Part shown: positions 50,392-58,167 of the stretch, piece by piece | How the letters are laid out: each line of letters opens with the position of its first letter | Position numbering within the stretch: the first letter of the stretch is position 1 | NCBI GenBank assembly: GCA_964581995.1 | Contig: CAZOQB010000008.1 | Location: forward strand, 77,278 to 141,277 | DNA from: an uncultured Ignavibacteriaceae bacterium | Lineage (GTDB): Bacteria > Bacteroidota > Ignavibacteria > UBA10030 > BY39 | DNA: 64,000 bases | Direction of reading: 5' to 3' | Made by a program: the position numbers and the translations under genes | The notes under the pieces: generated by a model | Database searches by the model: none | What the model saw: the letters and a program-made list of their open reading frames with translations, nothing else | Told to the model about the DNA's origin: nothing

Positions 50392-50481
50392 CGGGCCGAA
50401 GCTCTGTCTGCGCGCTATTTTTGGTAGGAACGCACAGACAGGCTTCATTTAAAGTATCACGGGAGGAATGATACTTACCCT
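50392..50481. repeat. 90-bp structured direct repeat, right copy
   Basis: Identical to 48617-48706. Confidence 0.97.
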
Positions 50482-50544
50482 AATATCATTTTCATTAAAA
50501 ATATTACCGTTACCTTCATAAATCTCCTACAGTATTTCACACTC

Positions 50545-50627
50545 TGTGGACCCTGTAGGACTTGTCCCGAAGGGATTCCGTGAATAAAAGACTTTTTATG
50601 AACGGAAAACCTACGACCACACGGATT
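50545..50627 (-). pseudogene. Copy of the tRNA 3' half with a 43-nt hairpin insertion in the T-loop
   Basis: TGTGGACCCTGTAGGACTTG [TCCCGAAGGGA TTCCGT..ACGGAA] AACCTACGACC matches the tRNA sequence TGTGGGCCCTGTAGGACTTGAACCTACGACC. Confidence 0.8.
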
Positions 50628-50635
50628 GTTTTTTG

Positions 50636-50709
50636 TGGGCCCTGTAGGACTTGAACCTACGACCCGCAGATTATGAGTCTGCTGCTCTAACCAACTGAGC
50701 TAAGGGCCC
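50636..50709 (-). tRNA. tRNA with CAT anticodon, most likely tRNA-Ile2 (lysidine type)
   Basis: GGGCCCTTAGCTCAGTTGGTTAGAGCAGCAGACTCATAATCTGCGGGTCGTAGGTTCAAGTCCTACAGGGCCCA; cloverleaf intact; resembles ileX-type tRNAs; CCA not encoded. Confidence 0.92.
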
Positions 50710-50776
50710 CGCATGTTGCTCATATTTCGTTTAAAATATAAGAATTTCAGTTAAAAAAAACAAGGAGAGAATTTAT

Positions 50777-51334
50777 CTAATCCTTTTTCAGCAAAACAGC
50801 GTGGCTCCGCTTTATGATTAGTGTATCGACTTGTGTAAATCCGGCAGCAACGGCAAGCGAAAGTGTTTCGTCAAACTCTTCTTTGGTTACATGTCCGGTA
50901 GGCTCGGAAACCAAAACTATTCCACCTTTTTTGAGCGAATTAAAAATCTCAACGAAAAAATTTTTCGGGTCGGGAATTTCATGCACAACGGCAAACGCCA
51001 GAGCAAAATCTATTTTACCGGTCAGGTCTTCAATCTTAAGCGAATCCTGCGTACACAACCGCGTGTCAATCCGCCATAACAACCCTGCTTTATCAGCACG
51101 CTTCCGGAGACTGTTTAACATTCTTTCCTGCAATTCCACACATATAACCTGCCCGGACTCACCCACTAATTTCGCCAGCGGTAAGCTAAAGAATCCCATA
51201 CCCGGACCGATTTCGAGGACAGTCATTCCCGCTTTGACGTACGGATTTAAAATGTTTTCGGGATGTTGAAATAACCGCCGAAAAGGACTTGCCAGCAGAT
51301 AACCTATGTACCACGGGCACACATGATTTTCCAT
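50777..51334 (-). CDS. Class I SAM-dependent methyltransferase
   Basis: VLEIGPGMGFF, VELQERML, FAVVHEIPD..LKKGG. Confidence 0.9.
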   Translation of the reverse strand: MENHVCPWYIGYLLASPFRRLFQHPENILNPYVKAGMTVLEIGPGMGFFSLPLAKLVGESGQVICVELQERMLNSLRKRADKAGLLWRIDTRLCTQDSLKIEDLTGKIDFALAFAVVHEIPDPKNFFVEIFNSLKKGGIVLVSEPTGHVTKEEFDETLSLAVAAGFTQVDTLIIKRSHAVLLKKD

Positions 51335-51372
51335 AAAAATTTTCTTTCTCTGAATGTATGGATTTACAAATT

Positions 51373-52098
51373 CTATTTCATTTGTTTAATCCGAATTTCC
51401 GTATTTTTATTTTTCGATAAAAGTTCTTTCAGTGTTGATAAATCAGTATCGCCGTAGTGGTATGGATATAAGATTTTAGGATTAAATTTACCCACAGCAT
51501 CGGCAACTTGTTCGGGCGTCATTGTGTAAGGCTGGTTCATCGGTAGAAATGCGATATCAATATTTTTTAAGTTAGCCATTTCAGGAATATTTTCAGTGTC
51601 GCCGGCAATATAAATTCTGTTCCTACCGATTGTTAACACATAACCATTGTCCCTGCCTTTAGGATGAAACTTCAATCTGTCGGCGGTTGTATTGTAAGCC
51701 GGTACCGCCTCGATTACAATTCCTTCCACCGTCTTCTTATCTCCGTTTTTCATCACCATTCCCTTTTTTATAATTTCGAACACCGCACCGTTCACAACCA
51801 TTTTTGTGTTCATTTTCGTAATCGAATTGATAGCTATCGTATCCAGATGGTCGGGATGCTGATGTGTTATTAGAATTAAATCAGCTTTCGGCTGCTTTGC
51901 ATAATTAGCCAGCTTGCTCCACGGATCGACGTGGATAATTTTATTGTTGAATTCAAACATCAAAGTCCCGTGTCCGATAAAATGGATAGTTAATTTGCCG
52001 GATAGCGTATCAAATGTATCTTTCTCGAATTGATTTTGAGAAATTGCCGGTGTGTTCATCAATAACACGCTGCACAGAAAAATAATTATCCTTTTCAT
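51373..52098 (-). CDS. Exported MBL-fold metallo-hydrolase
   Basis: Signal peptide; GHGT, ITHQHPDHLD, FHPKG, YIAGDT, PYHY. Confidence 0.88.
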   Translation of the reverse strand: MKRIIIFLCSVLLMNTPAISQNQFEKDTFDTLSGKLTIHFIGHGTLMFEFNNKIIHVDPWSKLANYAKQPKADLILITHQHPDHLDTIAINSITKMNTKMVVNGAVFEIIKKGMVMKNGDKKTVEGIVIEAVPAYNTTADRLKFHPKGRDNGYVLTIGRNRIYIAGDTENIPEMANLKNIDIAFLPMNQPYTMTPEQVADAVGKFNPKILYPYHYGDTDLSTLKELLSKNKNTEIRIKQMK

Positions 52099-52221
52099 AA
52101 TTTTTTCCCCTTAGGTTGTTGTAATATTTATATTAATATATCCAAACTGAAAGTGAGTGTCAAATCGGTTTTTGGATTTGCTATATTAAAATTCCTTTCT
52201 TATCTTTTTTAAAAGAATTAT

Positions 52222-53724
52222 TTGGCAGGCACGATGGTTTACAAGTTAATAAACTTCTCATTAATCTGCTTTCTGGTTTCCGGGGCAAATTGCGACTCTC
52301 AAACTAAGCAATTCGATAGAAAGCCCGCAGTGGCAGGACAGTTTTATCCCTCTGATCCAATCGAACTAAAATCTACTTTAAAAACTCTTTTCTCAAAAGC
52401 AGTTGCTCCAAAGAACATCAAAAATGTGCTTGCAATAATTTCACCGCACGCCGGGTATGTTTATTCTGGCGAAGTTGCCGCATCATGCTTTAACCAAATC
52501 GATCCAAACAAAGTTTACGATAACATTTTCATCATAGGTTCGAGTCATCGCATTGCATTCGAAGGCGCAGCAGTATATTCCAAAGGCAACTTTTTGACAC
52601 CGCTCGGACCTGTAAAAGTGAATGCCGAAATAGGTAAAACATTAATTAAACGCTACAATTTCTTCACTGACAGAGATGAAGCCCACTTATCCGAACACAG
52701 CCTGGAAGTGCAGCTCCCTTTTCTGCAATACATAATGAAAAAAGATTTCAAGATTGTACCAATCGTCCTTGGAACACAAAAGCCAGAGATGTGCAAATTA
52801 ATTGCCGGCGCTTTAAAACCATACCTAAACAGCAAAAACCTTTTCATCATCAGCACAGATTTTTCGCATTATCCGAAATACTCAGACGCTGTAAAAATCG
52901 ATAAGGCAACTGCAGACGCTATAGTTTCAAATTCCTCGAAAAATTTATTAGAAACGTTATCTAAGAACGAAGAAAAGGGTATACCTAATTTAGCAACAAG
53001 TTTATGCGGATGGACTTCGGTTACTACATTGCTCTACATGACTGAAAACACTCCTGGTATCGATGTAAAAGTTATCGATTACAAAAACTCGGGTGATTCT
53101 GAAATCGGAGATAAAAAAAGAGTCGTAGGTTATTATTCATTCGCTGTTTCAATTAAGGAGAAAAAAATGGAATTCAATCTAAACGAAAAGGATAAAAAGG
53201 AATTACTTTCGATTGCACGACGGACAATCGAACAGTATGTAAACAAAAATACTCTCCCGGAAATAGATACATCAAAACTTTCTAATAACGTCAAAACAAA
53301 ATGCGGCGCGTTTGTAACTCTTCATAAGCAGGGTATGCTGCGCGGCTGCATCGGACATTTCGAAGCAGACGAACCGCTCTATAAGATAGTCCAACAAATG
53401 GCAGTTGCGGCATCTACACAAGATTATAGATTCTCACCCGTTAAGCCGAACGAGGTGAAGGAACTCGAAATTGAAATTTCGGCGCTCACTCCGATGCAGA
53501 AAATAAAATCAATCGACGAAATTGAATTAGGAAAACACGGTATATATATTAAAAAGGGACCTCGTGGAGGGACATTTCTACCTCAAGTAGCAACGGAGAC
53601 CGGTTGGACAAAAGACCAATTTTTGGGTTACTGTGCACAGGACAAAGCTGGTCTCGGCTGGGATGGCTGGAAAGATGCAGATATCTATACATATGAAGCT
53701 CTTGTTTTTATCGAGAAGGACTAG
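52222..53724 (+). CDS. amrB: AmmeMemoRadiSam protein B (MEMO1-like) fused to protein A (AMMECR1-like)
   Basis: RKPAVAGQFYP, PHAGYVYSG, EHSLEVQLPFLQ, STDFSHY; then GAFVTL..LRGCIG, EIEISAL, TFLPQVA. Hydrophobic leader; ATG probably 52234. Confidence 0.92.
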   Translation: MAGTMVYKLINFSLICFLVSGANCDSQTKQFDRKPAVAGQFYPSDPIELKSTLKTLFSKAVAPKNIKNVLAIISPHAGYVYSGEVAASCFNQIDPNKVYDNIFIIGSSHRIAFEGAAVYSKGNFLTPLGPVKVNAEIGKTLIKRYNFFTDRDEAHLSEHSLEVQLPFLQYIMKKDFKIVPIVLGTQKPEMCKLIAGALKPYLNSKNLFIISTDFSHYPKYSDAVKIDKATADAIVSNSSKNLLETLSKNEEKGIPNLATSLCGWTSVTTLLYMTENTPGIDVKVIDYKNSGDSEIGDKKRVVGYYSFAVSIKEKKMEFNLNEKDKKELLSIARRTIEQYVNKNTLPEIDTSKLSNNVKTKCGAFVTLHKQGMLRGCIGHFEADEPLYKIVQQMAVAASTQDYRFSPVKPNEVKELEIEISALTPMQKIKSIDEIELGKHGIYIKKGPRGGTFLPQVATETGWTKDQFLGYCAQDKAGLGWDGWKDADIYTYEALVFIEKD

Positions 53725-53735
53725 ATGAAAAAATA

Positions 53736-55925
53736 ATGTCCGCATCGCGTGTAAATCTCGAACCCGCCAATCACAAGTCTAAGATCACATCGAGTTTGAT
53801 TCTTCCCATTGTAGCAGTAGGAGTTTCCTCTATCGTCACACAAATTATATTGCTTAGAGAATTTTTATCCGTCTTTTATGGCAACGAACTCGTAATAGGA
53901 ATTATTCTTGCGAATTGGATGACCCTAACGGGACTCGGATCTTTTATCGGCAGGTATTCAACACGAGTAAAAAATAAATTTAACTTGCTCGTCATTCTGC
54001 TCATACTTATTTCTGTGTTGCCGGTTGTTACAGTTTTCATGGTGGATTTTTTAAGAAATATCGTCTTCCCTGTCGGTACAATGATCGGATTACTACAAAT
54101 CCTCTACAGCTCTTTCATCATTTTAACTCCATTCTGCATCATATCAGGATTTTTATTCACGTTATTCGTTGTTGTTTTATCAGAAAGGTACCAAACCAAT
54201 TTCATTCCTTCTGTGTATTCGTGGGAATCAACCGGAAGCGTTATCGGCGGTTTCATTTTTAGTATCATACTGATTTACCTACTGACTGTGTTTAAAAGTT
54301 TAATTATGCTCATGATTTTTAACCTGAGTATAACTTTTGTTTTCTCGTTCATCTACTGCAACAGAACTATAAAACTTCTTGTCTTATCCCTCCTTATAAT
54401 TTTACCTCTGGGTTTTATGGTTATTGATTTAGACAAAATCTCAAAGGAGTTCCTTTTTCCGAATCAGAAGTTAGTTTATTATAAAGATACTCCTTATGGA
54501 AGCTTGGCAATAACCGAGCAGGGTGAACAAAATAATTTTTATGAGAATAATAACTTGCTTTTCTCTACGAGCGACCCCATAATGAGCGAGGAAGCTGTCC
54601 ATTACGCAATGCTGCAGCATCAGAATCCAAAGACGGTATTATTAATCTCAGGTGGCATATCCGGTCAAATATCAGAAATTTTAAAATACGATGTAAAAGA
54701 CATTATTTATGTCGAAATCAATCCTTGGATAATTTATATAGGGAAAAAGTATTCAACCGATTTAGATAACGTTAAAGTAGAAATAATAAATCGGGATGCA
54801 CGATTGTATATTAAAACCACGGTTGAAAAGTTTGATGTTGCCTTAATCAACCTGCCCGACCCGGCAACAGCTCAATTAAATCGGTATTATACAACAGAAT
54901 TTTTTGATGAATTAAAAAACAGGTTGAACGCCGGAGCTATAGTATCTATCGGGTTGTCATCCTCTGCCGACTATTTAAGCCCTGAAGCGCGTCAAGTAAA
55001 ATCAAGTATCTACAACTCACTAAAACGCTCATTTAAAAACATTCTCATCGTGCCGGGCTATAAAGATTACTTCGTTGCCTCGGATAATATTTTATCAATC
55101 GACATTCCCCGGTTAGTTTACCAGAAAAACATTGAGAATAAATATGTCAACCAATACTATCTGGACAAAAGCATTCTGATACACCGGAGCGAGTTTATCT
55201 TGAGAAGCCTTGATAAAACGACAGCTCTAAATCAGGATTTTTCACCTATTTCGTACTATCAGCAATTAGTTTATTGGTTGAGTTATTTTGAACGGAATTA
55301 TTGGTTTCCCGCTTTTATTGCTGTGTTGATCGTGGCGTTTCTGATTTCTCAGCTCAACACAATCAGCTTTGGCCTGTTCACCGGTGGTTTTTCGGCTTCC
55401 TCGGTAGAAATAATTCTTTTAATAACATTTCAGATTCTTTACGGTTATGTCTTTCAAATCACGGGAATCATCATCACCATATTCATGGCTGGGCTTGCAG
55501 TTGGCTCGCGATACTATAATAAAATGTTTTCGGACATTACAATGTTCAGCTACGTAAAAATACAATTTGGCATTGGAATATTCACGTCGCTTCTACCTCT
55601 TACTTTCTTCTTTTTAAGAAATTTTTCCATATATCCAGTTTTAATACATTCATTATTTTTTGCCCTGACTTTTATTGTTGCAGTTCTTATAGGCGTTGAA
55701 TTCGCGATTGCTTCTCGGTTACGTAAGCTGTCGTTTCCGCACGCAGCTGCTAATTTGTACAGTGTCGATTTAATTGGTTCGGCAATCGGTGCTTTACTCG
55801 CATCGACATATCTCATTCCTATATTAGGAATTATTAATGTGTGTTTCTTGATTGCCGGCTTGAATTTTATCAGCGGAAGTGTTTCATTTATTAACAGAAA
55901 TAAATATTTAACATCCGTTGTTTGA
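53736..55925 (+). CDS. Membrane protein with spermidine-synthase-like domain (fused MFS-like/SpeE)
   Basis: About 7+6 TM helices around YKDTPYG, EEAVHYAM, VLLISGG, YVEINP, FDVALINLPDP, NRYYTTEFF. Confidence 0.85.
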   Translation: MSASRVNLEPANHKSKITSSLILPIVAVGVSSIVTQIILLREFLSVFYGNELVIGIILANWMTLTGLGSFIGRYSTRVKNKFNLLVILLILISVLPVVTVFMVDFLRNIVFPVGTMIGLLQILYSSFIILTPFCIISGFLFTLFVVVLSERYQTNFIPSVYSWESTGSVIGGFIFSIILIYLLTVFKSLIMLMIFNLSITFVFSFIYCNRTIKLLVLSLLIILPLGFMVIDLDKISKEFLFPNQKLVYYKDTPYGSLAITEQGEQNNFYENNNLLFSTSDPIMSEEAVHYAMLQHQNPKTVLLISGGISGQISEILKYDVKDIIYVEINPWIIYIGKKYSTDLDNVKVEIINRDARLYIKTTVEKFDVALINLPDPATAQLNRYYTTEFFDELKNRLNAGAIVSIGLSSSADYLSPEARQVKSSIYNSLKRSFKNILIVPGYKDYFVASDNILSIDIPRLVYQKNIENKYVNQYYLDKSILIHRSEFILRSLDKTTALNQDFSPISYYQQLVYWLSYFERNYWFPAFIAVLIVAFLISQLNTISFGLFTGGFSASSVEIILLITFQILYGYVFQITGIIITIFMAGLAVGSRYYNKMFSDITMFSYVKIQFGIGIFTSLLPLTFFFLRNFSIYPVLIHSLFFALTFIVAVLIGVEFAIASRLRKLSFPHAAANLYSVDLIGSAIGALLASTYLIPILGIINVCFLIAGLNFISGSVSFINRNKYLTSVV

Positions 55926-55928
55926 TAA

Positions 55929-57110
55929 ATGAACAAATATTCTGCTAATAGTATTAACAAACGAGAATTCATTAAGTCCTGCACATTCGGGATTGGCGCT
56001 TGTGTTCTCGGCTTACACAATCTAAAAACGATTGCCGGACCTGTTACTGATAAATTAAAGCCCGAGCAGTCGCCGGACGTTTTATGGCGGTGGAGTAGGG
56101 AAGCTTTATTCTACACAAAAACTCCCGACGGTTTGAAATGCCAGAAGTGCCCCCACGAATGTTTACTGAGTGAAGGTGAGACGGGGATTTGCAGAACCAG
56201 AGTTGCGCACAAAACTAAACTTTACACAATTGCGTATGGTAATCCTTGTGCGATTCATATTGACCCGATTGAGAAGAAACCTTTTTTCCATTTCTTACCG
56301 CTGACTCGAGCATTTTCTATCGCTGTAGCTGGTTGTAACTTTCGTTGTTTGAATTGTCAGAACTGGCAGATTTCCCAATTCAGTCCGAAGGAAACCGATA
56401 ATTATGACATGATGCCTGAAAATATTGTCGAGCAGTGTTTAAAAAACAAATGTGAATCTATTGCTTACACTTACTCCGAACCGATAACATTTTACGAATA
56501 CGCATACGACACAGCAAAGTTAGCAAGAGAAAAAGGAATAAAAAATGTCTGGAAATCAAACGGCTATATAAACGAAATACCTCTCAGAAAACTATGCAAG
56601 GTTATAGATGCGGCAAATATAGATTTAAAGATATTTGATAATGAAACATATTTAAAGTTGAGCGGCGGAAAGTTAGAACCTGTTCTGCAAACATTAAAAA
56701 CTTTTAAGGAAGAAGGAGTGTGGCTCGAGATAACAAACCTCGTCATTCCAAGCTGGACAGATAACCTCGACACGATAAAGAAAATGTGCGATTGGTTAGT
56801 TAAGAATAATCTTCAAGATTGCCCGTTGCATTTCAGTCGGTTCACACCTCTGTATAAATTAACGCAACTTCCACAAACTCCAATACAAACGTTAGAGAAA
56901 GCAAGAAAAGTTGCATTAAAGTCTGGGATAAAATATGTTTATATCGGAAACGTACCCGCGCATAAGGCGGAAAACACTTTTTGTCACAAGTGTGAAAGAG
57001 TGGTCGTGGAAAGGAGAGGTTTTACGATTATTAAGGACGAACTTGTCTCCGGAAAATGCAAGTTTTGTGGCGAAAATATTCCCGGAGTTTGGACTAAGAA
57101 ACCTATGTAA
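55929..57110 (+). CDS. amrS: AmmeMemoRadiSam radical SAM enzyme, copy 2, with Tat-like leader
   Basis: CQKCPHEC..C, DPIEKKPFFH, GCNFRCLNCQN, YTYSEP, HFSRFTP.Y, YVYIGN; N-terminal NKREFIK plus hydrophobic stretch. Confidence 0.9.
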   Translation: MNKYSANSINKREFIKSCTFGIGACVLGLHNLKTIAGPVTDKLKPEQSPDVLWRWSREALFYTKTPDGLKCQKCPHECLLSEGETGICRTRVAHKTKLYTIAYGNPCAIHIDPIEKKPFFHFLPLTRAFSIAVAGCNFRCLNCQNWQISQFSPKETDNYDMMPENIVEQCLKNKCESIAYTYSEPITFYEYAYDTAKLAREKGIKNVWKSNGYINEIPLRKLCKVIDAANIDLKIFDNETYLKLSGGKLEPVLQTLKTFKEEGVWLEITNLVIPSWTDNLDTIKKMCDWLVKNNLQDCPLHFSRFTPLYKLTQLPQTPIQTLEKARKVALKSGIKYVYIGNVPAHKAENTFCHKCERVVVERRGFTIIKDELVSGKCKFCGENIPGVWTKKPM

Positions 57111-57316
57111 TAATCAAATTTTCTTAGGGTAAGAAATATTTAATTAAAGTGCTCATTTTAGCTTAGTTTGAGCATACAGGACGGGGAATTTTTATTGACT
57201 TAAATTAAGATTTTCCCTATATTTATACAAGCGATTCACTCCCCTTTTCACAAAACCAATTCATTGAATCGAAAATGTTAATAAATCACTATTCGTATAA
57301 ATGAAAGGAATTTTAG

Positions 57317-57724
57317 ATGAGTAAGATTAAAGCTTTAGCACGAATATGTAGTTACTGCGGTAAAACTACAAAGATGACATTCATCGGGGAAATGGCGGGT
57401 GAAAATAATCGGTGTTGGTACCGCTGCACGCGATGCCATCATTTATCTTTGCTGAACATTGAAACAAAGATAAATGAAAGCAAGGCGGATGAAAGTGGAA
57501 TTCCGACAATCATTTATGACCCTGGCTTTACTTTCTCGATTGGTGAAAAAATTTTCCATAACGAATTTAACGATGTGGGAAAGGTAATAAAAAAGATAAA
57601 GACGTCCGACGGAAGCAATGCGATTATGGTGCAGTTTGAAAAAAACGGTGAACGCAAACTACTTGAAAATTACAAACGAAACAATTTAGAAAAGGAAACA
57701 ACATCAGCAGAAATCATACAATAG
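57317..57724 (+). CDS. Hypothetical protein: Zn-ribbon plus Tudor/SH3-like C-terminal domain
   Basis: CSYC..CTRC; FSIGEKIFHNEFNDVGKV..VQFEKNGERKLL. Confidence 0.65.
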   Translation: MSKIKALARICSYCGKTTKMTFIGEMAGENNRCWYRCTRCHHLSLLNIETKINESKADESGIPTIIYDPGFTFSIGEKIFHNEFNDVGKVIKKIKTSDGSNAIMVQFEKNGERKLLENYKRNNLEKETTSAEIIQ

Positions 57725-57742
57725 TGGAAGGGGGTGAATTAA

Positions 57743-57943
57743 TTGGTCGGTATCCAGATCCAAGACAACGAACCGATTGACAAAGCCCTCAGGCGTTTTA
57801 AGAAAAAATACGAAAGGTCAGGCGTTCTAAAAGAATTTAAGAAAAGAACGTTTTTCACAAAACCATCAGTACAGAAGCGAATGAAAAGAATTAAAGCTGT
57901 TCGCAGAGCCTATAGAACCAGGATGGAAGAAACAGAGATGTAG
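57743..57943 (+). CDS. rpsU: 30S ribosomal protein S21
   Basis: [22 protein letters not shown]; TTG start after GGGGTGA. Confidence 0.95.
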   Translation: MVGIQIQDNEPIDKALRRFKKKYERSGVLKEFKKRTFFTKPSVQKRMKRIKAVRRAYRTRMEETEM

Positions 57944-57949
57944 CTTTGT

Positions 57950-57985
57950 AACCCTAATCCCATATTTTGAGATTGGGGTTTTTTT
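57950..57985 (+). terminator. Intrinsic terminator after rpsU
   Basis: AACCCTAATC..GATTGGGGTT followed by a T run. Confidence 0.75.
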
Positions 57986-58016
57986 ATCTGCTTATCTAAA
58001 ACCGTTAATAGTATAA

Positions 58017-58105
58017 ATCCCAAACCCTTCGATAAATCTCATCTGTTTTTGACATTTGGATTTTGAAATTATTTCGGTTTTCGGATTTAGTACTTCGGAT
58101 TTTTG
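58017..58105. repeat. 7-nt-periodic low-complexity element
   Basis: AAATCCCAAA..TTTGGATTTTGAAATT, TTTCGGT TTCGGAT TTAGTAC TTCGGAT. Confidence 0.5.
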
Positions 58106-58167
58106 ACCGAAACTGAGCCAAATCTCTGCTATGTATAACATAAGTAATTAAACAACTTACGTTCTTA

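Noticed and set aside
41200-50545. Classical prophage or ICE with attL/attR at the tRNA
   Set aside because: There are no integrase, structural or conjugation genes, and I found no distal copy of the tRNA 3' end at the left edge.
50636-50709. Initiator or elongator tRNA-Met assignment
   Set aside because: It lacks the fMet C1:A72 mismatch and the GGG/CCC anticodon stem, and resembles ileX-type tRNAs; elongator Met cannot be fully excluded without a classifier.
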